41,758 bases of DNA from Thermoplasmata archaeon (lineage in GTDB: Archaea; Thermoplasmatota; Thermoplasmata; GCA-020350865), in the NCBI GenBank assembly GCA_020348445.1, contig CP070751.1, positions 997,451-1,039,208 of the forward strand, in the 5' to 3' direction. The notes beneath the pieces were generated by a model. It did no database searches, was not told the origin of the DNA, and was given only the letters and a program-made list of their open reading frames with translations. Both the position numbers and the translations under genes were made by a program. How positions within the stretch are numbered: the first letter of the stretch is position 1; every line of letters begins with the position of its first letter. Of the stretch, positions 28,941 through 38,368 are shown piece after piece.

Positions 28941-29581
28941 CGCAAAATAAAGATATATTGGAAAAACTCGAAGATAAGGAAAACATGCCCGAAGATTTTG
29001 TAGATTATGTCCTGGCAAACCGAAACCTAATAAATGTAATGTTAGAGGGCATCTCTTCCTCACAAGCCCGAGTGAGATTCGGCTCTGCAAAAATACTGAG
29101 AATAGTATCTGAAAAGAATCCGGAGGCAATATATCCTCACATGGATTTCTTTATCGACCTTTTGGACAGCGAAAACAACATTCTCAGATGGATTGCTCTG
29201 GATGTCATCGCCAGTCTTACATCTGTGGACAATAAAAATAAATTTGATGACATTTTCCAGAGGTACTATGACTTTCTTTCAGATGAGTCCATGGTCACTG
29301 CTGCTCATGTGATCGATAATTCAGGAAAGATCGCATGCGCCAAACCTTATCTCAAGAATGAAGTCACAAATAATCTTTTGAGGGTGGAAAATATCCCCAG
29401 AAATAAGGAATGCAGGAACATCCTTTTAGGTAAAGCAATACTTTCATTTGAGAAGTATTTTGACCAAATCGAGGATAAAAAGAAGATTATCACATTTGTA
29501 GAAAGACAAAAAAGCAATCCAAGAAATGCTACAAAGAAAAAGGCAGAAAAATTCCTGGCAAAGGTGAATTCAAAGGTTTAA
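28937..29581 (+). CDS. HEAT/armadillo-repeat protein
   Basis: Helical repeats VRFGSAKILRIVSE.NP, LLDSENNILRW.A..VIA.L. Overlaps the upstream stop (ATGA). Confidence 0.7.
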   Translation: MTQNKDILEKLEDKENMPEDFVDYVLANRNLINVMLEGISSSQARVRFGSAKILRIVSEKNPEAIYPHMDFFIDLLDSENNILRWIALDVIASLTSVDNKNKFDDIFQRYYDFLSDESMVTAAHVIDNSGKIACAKPYLKNEVTNNLLRVENIPRNKECRNILLGKAILSFEKYFDQIEDKKKIITFVERQKSNPRNATKKKAEKFLAKVNSKV

Positions 29582-29646
29582 TTTAATTAACAATCCAAAA
29601 GAAATTCATATCCAAAACAATTAAATATCCAAAAGTACTCAAAACG

Positions 29647-30984
29647 TTGATTGGAATGGATGAGAAGGATATCGAGATTTTAAAGATGCTGATATCGAAT
29701 TCAAGGGTCCCTTACAGGGAAATAGCAGATCAACTGGGCCTCTCTGTAAACGGAGTCTACAAGAGAATCAAGAATCTCCAGAATTCGAATGTTATTAGAG
29801 GCTTTTCAATCTCCCTGGATCCAAGGATATTAAATGCCTTTCCCATTACCATCTTCGGGCAATGCGATGCCAGCTCTATAGAGAAAGTAATTTCCGATCT
29901 TGGAAAGAGCGAGAACACCCAAAAGATATCAATTGCAGGGGGTAATTACCTCTACATTAACGCAATATTCCGGGATCTTCGCGAGCTTCAACCCTACATC
30001 AAAATGGTGAAGAAAAAGGGAGGCATCCCAACACCCCTTGTTGGCATATTGCGCACAAGAAAGTCCATTGAATCCAGGCTGGAAGACCTGTCCTCATTGG
30101 ATTTTCGAATAATCTCTGCCCTTCAAGGGGATTCAAGGAGATTTGCATCAGATATTGCTAAGGAAATTGGTGTATCAACAAAAACCGCAAGAAAAAGACT
30201 TGCCCGTCTTACAGAAGAAGAATATATCAAAACTGGCGTTACCTTTGCCTTGGACTCATCAAGGGACATTTTTGCAATGCTGCATTTGAAACTGGGAAAA
30301 GGGCAGGAAATCAACAAGACCGAGGCCATGCTTATAAACAATTTCTCGTCAAATATCATATATTTAGATTCGTATAGCAATCTGCCCAATCTCATCCTCT
30401 GCTCGCTTTGGGCCCCCACAATGAAGGAAATAAAAGAAATTCAAAATGGTATGAAAAAAAAGGGTGCCTTCGAGTCTATGATCCCCAGAATATTCTATAC
30501 GACCCATATCTACGATTCCTGGATGGATACAATAATTGACGATTTGGTTTCCAAGCCAGGTATGATGGAAGAGATCAAGAAAAAACAGGCCAAATCTAGG
30601 AGCATATCGAAGAAGAAGATGGGCCAACTTGATTTGGGGACCCTCAGAAAAGTGGATACGTACAGAAAAGCCCTGGTTCAGGCTCTTAAGGATGGTGTAA
30701 TAACAGAGGATGAGGAGGCAATATTGACCTCACTTAGGGACAGCCTCAAAATCACTGATGAGCAGCACGGTAGGATTATGGAGTTCGTGAACATGGAGGG
30801 TAACATGGACGAAACTGTGATAGAAGCTTACAGAAGCGCCCTTGGTCAGGCACTGGATGACAGTGTAATTACAGAAGATGAGGAAAATATACTTCTATCC
30901 TTACGGGACAGCCTTTCCATTACAGATGAGGTGCATGAGGAAATTCTTAACAGCCTAAAAGGTAAAAAGAAAACCTCCAAATAA
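29647..30984 (+). CDS. Tandem Lrp/AsnC-type regulator with a duplicated C-terminal helical (TerB-like) repeat
   Basis: Two HTH units (MDEKDIEILKMLISNSRVPYREIA; LSSLDFRIISALQGDSRRFASDIA), then two YR.AL.QAL.D.VITEDEE.IL.SLRDSL.ITDE.H repeats. Confidence 0.85.
   Translation: MIGMDEKDIEILKMLISNSRVPYREIADQLGLSVNGVYKRIKNLQNSNVIRGFSISLDPRILNAFPITIFGQCDASSIEKVISDLGKSENTQKISIAGGNYLYINAIFRDLRELQPYIKMVKKKGGIPTPLVGILRTRKSIESRLEDLSSLDFRIISALQGDSRRFASDIAKEIGVSTKTARKRLARLTEEEYIKTGVTFALDSSRDIFAMLHLKLGKGQEINKTEAMLINNFSSNIIYLDSYSNLPNLILCSLWAPTMKEIKEIQNGMKKKGAFESMIPRIFYTTHIYDSWMDTIIDDLVSKPGMMEEIKKKQAKSRSISKKKMGQLDLGTLRKVDTYRKALVQALKDGVITEDEEAILTSLRDSLKITDEQHGRIMEFVNMEGNMDETVIEAYRSALGQALDDSVITEDEENILLSLRDSLSITDEVHEEILNSLKGKKKTSK
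30661..30948 (+). repeat. Two-copy 168-nt-period intragenic repeat
   Basis: TACAGAAAAGCCCTG at 30661 and TACAGAAGCGCCCTT at 30829 encode near-identical 40-aa units. Confidence 0.75.
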
Positions 30985-31140
30985 AGGGGATTAAAGGTAA
31001 ATATTCCGTATCTTACACCAGATGGTTGAAGAAGCGGCATATTTAAGTATTAAGTTGGTGTTTTAAGATATCTAAAAAGTTAACATCATTATTTATCATA
31101 TGTCAAAATTATCAATTATCATAAATCCAAAAAAGGTGGT

Positions 31141-32085
31141 GTGAAAATGACAAACTATGCCATGAAAATCAAAAACCTTACCAAGAAATACGGTGATTTT
31201 ACTGCTGTAAAAAATCTAAGTCTGGATATAGAAAAGGGCGAGATATTTGGACTTTTGGGGCCAAACGGAGCCGGTAAAAGCACAACAATTAGAACCTGCC
31301 TAGGGCTTCTTTCAAAGACCGAAGGTGAAATCGAGATACTTGGTTTGGACTCTCACAAAGATGCAATAGAAATCAGGAAGAGAACAGGATACCTCCCAGG
31401 TGAGTTCGGACTTCTTGACGGTATCTCTGTTTATACATATCTCAAGTACCTTTTAAGGCTCAGCAGTGTCAAGTCCGATGAAAAGCTCAAGGATCTGGCA
31501 AAAAGATTGGATCTGGATCTGAAAAGAAAGACTAACGAACTATCAAAGGGCAACAAACAGAAGGTGGGGGTTGTCCAGGCCCTCATGGCCGATCAGGAGT
31601 TCATTATCTTGGACGAACCCACAGGGGGTCTTGATCCCCTCATGCAGCAGATTTTTTATGAGATATTAAGGGAGGAAAAGGAGGCAGGGAAAACTGTTTT
31701 CATGTCATCACATGTTCTTGCCGAGGTGGAGACAGTCTGTAATCGGGTGGCCATAATCAAGGAAGCAGAGCTGATCCTCAACGAGCATATCTCCACTTTG
31801 CAGGACATGACAGGAAAGGTTCTTGAGGTGGAATTCAGGCATAAGGTTGATCCCTCGGCGTTCGAGATTGAGGGTGTAACAGACATAGAAGTGGATGACA
31901 GGAAGATCAGAATGACAGTCACCAAGGATATAGACCAGGTAGTAAAAAGGGTGGCTGACCATAGAGTAATAAACATGAATTTATCCACTTATTCCCTGGA
32001 AAAGCTCTTTTTGCGCTATTACTCAAATGGAGGCGTTGTGGAGAATGAAAAAGAGGGAGTTGCGATTGGGGGTGGTGTAAAATGA
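31141..32085 (+). CDS. ABC-2 type exporter ATP-binding protein (likely start ATG 31147)
   Basis: Walker A GPNGAGKST, signature LSKGNKQK, Walker B ILDEPT, H-loop SSH. Confidence 0.93.
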   Translation: MKMTNYAMKIKNLTKKYGDFTAVKNLSLDIEKGEIFGLLGPNGAGKSTTIRTCLGLLSKTEGEIEILGLDSHKDAIEIRKRTGYLPGEFGLLDGISVYTYLKYLLRLSSVKSDEKLKDLAKRLDLDLKRKTNELSKGNKQKVGVVQALMADQEFIILDEPTGGLDPLMQQIFYEILREEKEAGKTVFMSSHVLAEVETVCNRVAIIKEAELILNEHISTLQDMTGKVLEVEFRHKVDPSAFEIEGVTDIEVDDRKIRMTVTKDIDQVVKRVADHRVINMNLSTYSLEKLFLRYYSNGGVVENEKEGVAIGGGVK

Positions 32086-33269
32086 TTGGGCACACAATGT
32101 TCATGGAGCTTCGGACAAGCTGGAAGGGCATACTGGTAATATCTCTTTTAGTTTTAATAGTGGGATGGGGCATGGTCTCGATATTCCCTACCTTCCAGGA
32201 GTCCTTAACAGAGGATTTAGAAGGTGCTGATAATGTTGATCTCGTAATTCCAGAGGACGAATCAGGTGAACTCAACATTTCCTGGGTACCTGTGAAGAAT
32301 GCTGATGGATATATAGTTTTAGAGAATGACCGCTTTTCTTTTGATTTTTTGTTAACGTCAAAGCTGGTTTATATGGGAACATCCACCAATATTTCAATTC
32401 CCTACAACTCTACAGAAACCAAATATTATGCCATAATGGCCCTTGAGAATTGGAGTGTGATTGGGGGGCAGTCCATCAATGTCACTGTTCCTTATAACTT
32501 TACAGATATCAATTTTTATGAAGCAATGAACCAGATAAATACCAGTGGGATGATCCAATTTGTAGGTCTGGACACCACAGGCAAAGCAGCAAACCTTTTC
32601 GAGGAGCTTATGGAAAATCCTGGTTATTCAGGCTTCACAGGTGGAAGAGTCATCGATATGACAGAAATCGACGGTTTTCTGTCCCTGGAACTGTTCAGCT
32701 GGTTATGGATTCTGGTGGGGATGTTCATGGCTTATTTTTCAGTATCCAGTGTGACCAGCGATTTCGAGGGAAAGCGCATGGATCTCATCTTCTCCACCCC
32801 GATTTCAAGGGAGCAGTACATTATCGAGAAATTCCTGGCCATGACCGCCGTTTCCCTGATAATGATATTTATTTGTGCATGGGGAGTAATATCTGGCCTT
32901 AATGGAATCGGAGAAATAGATAATCTAGATTCAGGGACTGCATTTCTTTCTATATTCACGATGCTCTCATTCTTAATGATAATAGCTGCATTTGGGATAT
33001 TCCTTGCAGTTGTCTTCAGAAGCAGCAAGGCAGGAATGGGGATCAATATCGCCTTTGTCTTTGGAAGCTTCATACTGCTCACAATTTCCGGCTTTGCAGA
33101 TAGCCTGAGGTGGCTTAAGTACATCAGCATCATGCACTACTGGGACTACAACTCCATGCTTTTAGATGGTGTATTCAACACAGGGTACTTCCTTGGTCTT
33201 TTAGTTGCTTCCCTCATCATCTTGGGATTGGCAATCTACATATTCAAGAAAAGGGACATCCCAATGTAA
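32082..33269 (+). CDS. ABC-2 type exporter permease with an inserted extracellular domain
   Basis: ELRTSWKG..., GFLSLELFS, DFEGKRMDLIFSTPISR...EKFLA, LKYISIMHYW; 6 TM segments. Confidence 0.88.
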   Translation: MIGHTMFMELRTSWKGILVISLLVLIVGWGMVSIFPTFQESLTEDLEGADNVDLVIPEDESGELNISWVPVKNADGYIVLENDRFSFDFLLTSKLVYMGTSTNISIPYNSTETKYYAIMALENWSVIGGQSINVTVPYNFTDINFYEAMNQINTSGMIQFVGLDTTGKAANLFEELMENPGYSGFTGGRVIDMTEIDGFLSLELFSWLWILVGMFMAYFSVSSVTSDFEGKRMDLIFSTPISREQYIIEKFLAMTAVSLIMIFICAWGVISGLNGIGEIDNLDSGTAFLSIFTMLSFLMIIAAFGIFLAVVFRSSKAGMGINIAFVFGSFILLTISGFADSLRWLKYISIMHYWDYNSMLLDGVFNTGYFLGLLVASLIILGLAIYIFKKRDIPM

Positions 33270-33289
33270 TCAAATATTCTACTCCCTCC

Positions 33290-33304
33290 TTTTTTTTCAT
33301 TTTT
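33290..33304 (+). terminator. Oligo(T) archaeal-type terminator after the ABC operon
   Basis: TTTTTTTTCATTTTT begins about 20 nt after the stop at 33269. Confidence 0.45.
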
Positions 33305-33504
33305 GAGAATCATTGTCAAGAGGGTGAATTCCACTTTTTCAACCCCCTTGCAAAAGAAATCCACTTTTTTTACGTAGAATATGGTATTTTATTCAATATA
33401 ATAGTATACACGATTATATATTGTATCATTCACCTTCTTCACATTGTTAAAAGTTCGGATGTGATAAAAGAACCGGAAAGTTAAAAAGAGAAGTAATTGA
33501 ATAA

Positions 33505-33528
33505 TTCTTATATAGGGCTATATAAGAA
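33505..33528. promoter_or_regulatory. Perfect 11-bp inverted repeat containing TATA-like boxes on both strands
   Basis: TTCTTATATAG-GG-CTATATAAGAA. Confidence 0.5.
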
Positions 33529-33558
33529 GGCTAACAATTAGTTCCCAAAGAGACAATA

Positions 33559-33861
33559 GTGTACAGTAAAACGAGGTATGGTATGAAAAAAAATAGACGT
33601 AGACAATTACAAGAGGGCGGAGGCTATGTCATTGGCATGGCAATAGGCATGCCTACGTTCATCTTTTTCGCATTTATCATAAATAATTTTCCACTTGGAG
33701 TGGCTTGGCTCACTTCTGGCTTTGCCGTGGGTATGACCCTTGAGGAGGAGCAAAACAGTCATTTAACTATAAAACAAAAGAAGGCCGCAATATTATCTTC
33801 AATCATTGGTGTGATTGTTTTTGTGATAACCATTGCTCTATTATGGTCTTATTACTTCTAA
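33559..33861 (+). CDS. Small membrane protein (likely start ATG 33583)
   Basis: GAGGT precedes ATG 33583; three hydrophobic segments with G...G...G pattern. Confidence 0.65.
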   Translation: MYSKTRYGMKKNRRRQLQEGGGYVIGMAIGMPTFIFFAFIINNFPLGVAWLTSGFAVGMTLEEEQNSHLTIKQKKAAILSSIIGVIVFVITIALLWSYYF

Positions 33862-34301
33862 ATTAGTTCTTCTAATATTTCGGCCGCACTTTTTACTAAT
33901 TCAGGGCAGAGGGTTTTAAATAGACCTTTATCTTGGGCTGTTTTTCTACCTTCAGCCGTGGTAAGATCACAATCAAGGAGATCCCTGCATCTCAGTGATT
34001 CATGTTTTGCTTTGAACGTGTCCATGAATTCATTTACAAGTTCGTAGGTTTTGTCTCTTGCCTGGGAATCTGTCTCATTTGTCATTCCGTATTTTAAACC
34101 AATTATCATGAGGGCACCAGTTACGGCGCCGCACACCTCACCGCGTCTTGCCATTCCACCTGCAAAGCTCGTACCCATATGGGCACTTGTGTCCTTTGGG
34201 AGCCCATATTGAGGTCCATATGTCATAATAATGGACTGGCAGCAGTTCCAATCTCCCTCGAAGTATTTTACTGCTTCATTAATTTTTGAGTTTTCTGTCA
34301 A
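33858..34301 (-). CDS. C_GCAxxG_C_C family putative redox protein
   Basis: NCCQS, FAGGM...GEVCGAVTG, CRDL, C..LV motifs. Confidence 0.9.
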   Translation of the reverse strand: MTENSKINEAVKYFEGDWNCCQSIIMTYGPQYGLPKDTSAHMGTSFAGGMARRGEVCGAVTGALMIIGLKYGMTNETDSQARDKTYELVNEFMDTFKAKHESLRCRDLLDCDLTTAEGRKTAQDKGLFKTLCPELVKSAAEILEELI

Positions 34302-34421
34302 AATATCCCCTCATATTTTTCCGAAATATCTTCTGGGTATATAAACTACCCGACATAAACGGCACAAGGATTTCATTTGTCATTTTGCATATACTTAATC
34401 ATGGAAATGGTGGTGAAAAAA

Positions 34422-34535
34422 ATGAGTAAGTATGTGAAATACAAGGTAGGAAAATGGTTTGTAGGAGCTGGTGGAGCTGTCATGGGTAAAATCGGATTCT
34501 TGCCTATAAATACGGTCTATGTAAGTGTTGACTGA
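34422..34535 (+). CDS. Putative 37-aa small protein (not in the ORF track)
   Basis: MSKYVKYKVGKWFVGAGGAVMGKIGFLPINTVYVSVD*, preceded by a strong GGTGGTGA RBS about 5 nt upstream. Confidence 0.4.
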   Translation: MSKYVKYKVGKWFVGAGGAVMGKIGFLPINTVYVSVD

Positions 34536-34824
34536 AAATATTAGAATATGACTTGGTGAATGAAAATGAATAAAAGATGTTTACAAAAAAAGAAATATGG
34601 ACCCTTTGCTAAACTACCGTATCTTCAACCTTTTGGTTTAGATAGCGGTAGTTCTTCATGTCAGAAAAGGCCGTCCAGTGATTATTTTGGTAAACGAGAT
34701 TTTATATTGTATTTTCAAAATGGTATACTCATTATGGGAGATCAAGGATGGTTTGCATGTTAAAGTTTCAGAATTTCAAGAAAAAGAAACTAAGGAGAAT
34801 AAAACTCAGAAGAGGTGATGAAGA

Positions 34825-37176
34825 ATGAAAAAAGAAAAATTAAAAAAGACAAATGACAGCGATGTTGGCAGAAGAAATCCCTTGACTGTTTTGGTAGGAA
34901 TCTCAGCGGGGCACCCAAAAAAGACACTATTGGTTGCTTTGATAGTGACCATAATATTCATGGCTCTCGCAGCGAACTTGAAAATAGACTCCTCAGTGGA
35001 AGGGGTCTTTGGAGACGATGTACCAGAGGAGATTGAGGATTTCATGGAAGTTGGCGAGGAATTTGGTGAGCAGGAACTTGTAACTGTGGTGGTGGATTGT
35101 GAAAACAGCAATGAAACCAATGCAAGGATGTTTTTAAAAGATCTTGCACCGGTGCTAAAGGGAACTGAATGGTTCAGGGACATTCAATATACACAAAACA
35201 TGGACTTTGCAGGGGAGAAGACCATCTTATATGTTCCCGAAGAATACCTTTATTTTGTAATGGATCCAAATGCGACATCTGAATCTGTTGAAATGACACA
35301 CCAATATATAATCAGCTCAATGAACGAACCTCAGTATTTTGTGTCCGAAAACGGCAATATATACATACTTAACATGATATTGAATAATACAATAGATGAT
35401 GTGGATGAGAGAGCTGAGATTTTTGACGGGCTTTACGAACTACTTGAGGAAGTTCAGGATTCAGATTCCCAATATGATGATCTCAAGGTGGGATTCACGG
35501 GCAGCATGACCGTAATGGATTATGAAGCGGACAAGATGGCCTTAAATGATATGTATTTAACAGGTATTGTTACTTTTATTTTGATATTAATTATTCTTTT
35601 TATTTCCTTCAAGAGTATATCTTTACCACTCTTGTCTCTCGTGCCACTTTTAATGGGTATAGTAATTACAGCTGGAATTATTGCAGTAATCTACGGAGCA
35701 CTTAGCATGTTAGCTGCTGTCTTTGCAGTGCTTCTTCTGGGACTGGGAATAGATTTTTCAATTCATATACTTACAAGGTTCACGGAGGAGTTAAATGGAC
35801 ATGAAGACATAAAAGTCGCTTTTAAACATACCTCCCTCAGCACCGGCAAGGCCATCGTTCTTGGAACCATGACAACGGCGGTGGCCTTCGGTGCATTAGC
35901 TTTCAGCAATACATCTGGAATGCGGCAGATGGGTGTAGTTCTGGCAATAGGGCTTATCACCACAATGTTATGTGTGTTTGCAGTTCTTCCCGCATTAATT
36001 ACGTTGAGATTGAGAAGGGGAAAGTTGAGGCAGAAGCTTTCGAAGAGAGCCAAGTACAATGTCCTTAAGAAAATCGGATCTGGAAGTGCAAGATTCGCTT
36101 CAGTGATAATTCTTATACTCCTGGTAGTAGGTGTATTTCTCGCCCTTCAGGTTCCCGCTACCTCCATTGACGAGAATCTCCACGAGCTTCAACCCAAAAC
36201 AACAAACTCCTATAAACAACTTGAAAAGGTAAAGGAGAATTTCAATTACACTGAGGATTACATCCTTTGTGTCGCAAATGGTTATGACGAGCTAGTATAC
36301 ACTGCGGATGGTTATTCGCAAATACCCGAGATCATGGAAGTAGAATCGATTCTGAGCTTCCTCCCAGAAAACCAGACAGCCAAACTTGCGATATTGGCCC
36401 AGGCAAAGGCACAGAATCCCGGGCTTGAAAGTGTTTCCTGGATGAATTTAAATGAGATGACATGGCAGGAACTTCCAGAAAGCATTAAAATGAACTGGGT
36501 TTCAGAAGGGCCCGAAGGAGAGAGATTCCTAATCAGGGTATCGGCCTGGGGCAATATATGGGACAAGGATTACAGGGAGACCTTGGTTCCCCAGATGGAG
36601 GAGGTTAATCCCAACATCGTGGCAAGGGCCATTATGTTCCCTGTGCTTATGGATGCCATGACCCAGGATGTTATCAATGTGACCTTCTATGCGGGAATTC
36701 CTATATTCCTCATCGTGTTTATAGGATTCAAAAGAAAGAATCCGGTTTACGCATTATTGGCCCTGGTTCCCGTGGCAATCGGTATTGGAGGAGTACTTGC
36801 ACTTGCAGAATTTCTGGATATTTCTCTTAACATGATCTCAATAATGATGATACCATTGGTCGTTGGGATAGGAATAGATGACGGAATCCATATACTTCAC
36901 AGATATAAGGAAGAGGGAAAAGGCTCCATTCCCCATGTTGTTCAGAACACAGGAAAGGCTGTTTTCCTTACCACTGTAACAACATGCCTTGCATTCTCAT
37001 CATTCACAGTTGCCCAGCATCCAGGAATGAGGGCTCTTGGTCAGGTGCCTGTCCTGGGACTGGTTCTGGCCTTGATCGGGGCATTGATATTCTTGCCGGC
37101 ACTTATTGTCAAGATTCTTGATAGAACATCTGTAAAAACAAGCGAACCTCAGGTATCACCAAGTCCTGATCAATGA
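34825..37176 (+). CDS. MMPL/RND family transporter
   Basis: Two halves, each with an extracellular loop and a TM bundle. GLGIDFSIH and GIGIDDGIH motifs; TG.AIVL..MTT..AF; RQMG. RBS GAGGTGA. Confidence 0.9.
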   Translation: MKKEKLKKTNDSDVGRRNPLTVLVGISAGHPKKTLLVALIVTIIFMALAANLKIDSSVEGVFGDDVPEEIEDFMEVGEEFGEQELVTVVVDCENSNETNARMFLKDLAPVLKGTEWFRDIQYTQNMDFAGEKTILYVPEEYLYFVMDPNATSESVEMTHQYIISSMNEPQYFVSENGNIYILNMILNNTIDDVDERAEIFDGLYELLEEVQDSDSQYDDLKVGFTGSMTVMDYEADKMALNDMYLTGIVTFILILIILFISFKSISLPLLSLVPLLMGIVITAGIIAVIYGALSMLAAVFAVLLLGLGIDFSIHILTRFTEELNGHEDIKVAFKHTSLSTGKAIVLGTMTTAVAFGALAFSNTSGMRQMGVVLAIGLITTMLCVFAVLPALITLRLRRGKLRQKLSKRAKYNVLKKIGSGSARFASVIILILLVVGVFLALQVPATSIDENLHELQPKTTNSYKQLEKVKENFNYTEDYILCVANGYDELVYTADGYSQIPEIMEVESILSFLPENQTAKLAILAQAKAQNPGLESVSWMNLNEMTWQELPESIKMNWVSEGPEGERFLIRVSAWGNIWDKDYRETLVPQMEEVNPNIVARAIMFPVLMDAMTQDVINVTFYAGIPIFLIVFIGFKRKNPVYALLALVPVAIGIGGVLALAEFLDISLNMISIMMIPLVVGIGIDDGIHILHRYKEEGKGSIPHVVQNTGKAVFLTTVTTCLAFSSFTVAQHPGMRALGQVPVLGLVLALIGALIFLPALIVKILDRTSVKTSEPQVSPSPDQ

Positions 37177-37194
37177 ATGTTGGATTGATGAAAT

Positions 37195-37395
37195 ATGACC
37201 GATAATTCAAAGGAGGATAAAAAGATAAGACTAAGAGAAATCGAAGACAGGAAGATAGAGATTTTGCTTAAGACTGAAAAAATTGGTAGATGTTACAGTG
37301 AGGAGGTTTCCAAACTAAGATCTGAATATAGCCAACTGGACAAGGAGCAATATTATTTGCAATTGGAATTGATTTCAGAAAAACAAAAAGGATGA
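37195..37395 (+). CDS. Small coiled-coil hypothetical protein
   Basis: 66-aa charged helical ORF directly downstream of the MMPL gene on the same strand. Confidence 0.55.
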   Translation: MTDNSKEDKKIRLREIEDRKIEILLKTEKIGRCYSEEVSKLRSEYSQLDKEQYYLQLELISEKQKG

Positions 37396-37450
37396 TTTAC
37401 TGAGAAAAATATTAAAATAATAAAATAAAGATACAATCAGCTAACTGGAG

Positions 37451-38368
37451 GTGAAAAATATACTGGAGATTCTTATGGATTCAGGAGGTTGTGCTGGCCC
37501 TATCGGGTCCAGCGTGACTTATTGTATCATGAAGATGAATTACAGCATAATAGGAAAGACCATGATTCCACGACAAAGAAATATTTTAATGGAGACCTTT
37601 GACCAAGATGGTAATATAATAGATACAAAATTAGAATCTGCAACAGAGAAAGAAAGAATTAAAAGTGCTGAACTAAGAGAAATGCTTAAAGATGAGGTCG
37701 AGAGATTGGATTTTAGGTTAGAGAATACACTGTCCAACTCGACCTTAAAACTTATGCCATCCCTTCCCAATATGAGGCGGTATTGGCTTGAAGAGGATGG
37801 ATTTGTCCGAGGTGAAAAGAAATATGAAACAGTTGAACCTCCTGCAAAAATATGTTTTACAATCTCCAAATCGTTAATTGAAATATGTGTAGAGGAATCC
37901 CCGGAAATTAAATTATTTAATGAATTGAAAGAAGACCTAGAAGTTCATGTTGATATCCCTAAACAAGGTCAAAGTATCATAACAACCTCTGAACATGTTT
38001 GTGTGTTAATGTCAAGCATGTACTATACAAAACAATTTATCGAAAGTAGTCAAGAAACTGTCCTGAAGATTGCTAATTTATCCGAAAAGGTGCTAAAGAA
38101 ATATCCACAGTTTCAAGTTAGGAAATACTCCCGAGATTTACCTAAGATATTTTACAGGTACCTTCCCGGGATATACGAGGATGAAGAAGCAAACACCTGT
38201 GAGCCGAAAGAGAATTCGTATAATGTATCGTTTCGGTTTGGATTTTGGCAGGCCTGGTTCGAAATTATTATTGCATTTGAAATACTGCCAGATAATGAAT
38301 TATTAAATTCTTTAACAGTTTCATTAAGGGATGAGTTATTTGATATGTTAAACTCCTTTAAAAATTAA
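37451..38368 (+). CDS. Hypothetical protein, 305 aa
   Basis: Long open frame, GGAG before the GTG start; no family recognised. Confidence 0.72.
   Translation: MKNILEILMDSGGCAGPIGSSVTYCIMKMNYSIIGKTMIPRQRNILMETFDQDGNIIDTKLESATEKERIKSAELREMLKDEVERLDFRLENTLSNSTLKLMPSLPNMRRYWLEEDGFVRGEKKYETVEPPAKICFTISKSLIEICVEESPEIKLFNELKEDLEVHVDIPKQGQSIITTSEHVCVLMSSMYYTKQFIESSQETVLKIANLSEKVLKKYPQFQVRKYSRDLPKIFYRYLPGIYEDEEANTCEPKENSYNVSFRFGFWQAWFEIIIAFEILPDNELLNSLTVSLRDELFDMLNSFKN

Noticed and set aside
34560-34763. 67-aa ORF with GGTGA upstream, and an alternative frame interrupted by TAG (possible pyrrolysine readthrough)
   Set aside because: Neither translation resembles a known protein. No pyl genes or other in-frame TAG cases appear in the window, so readthrough is unsupported.
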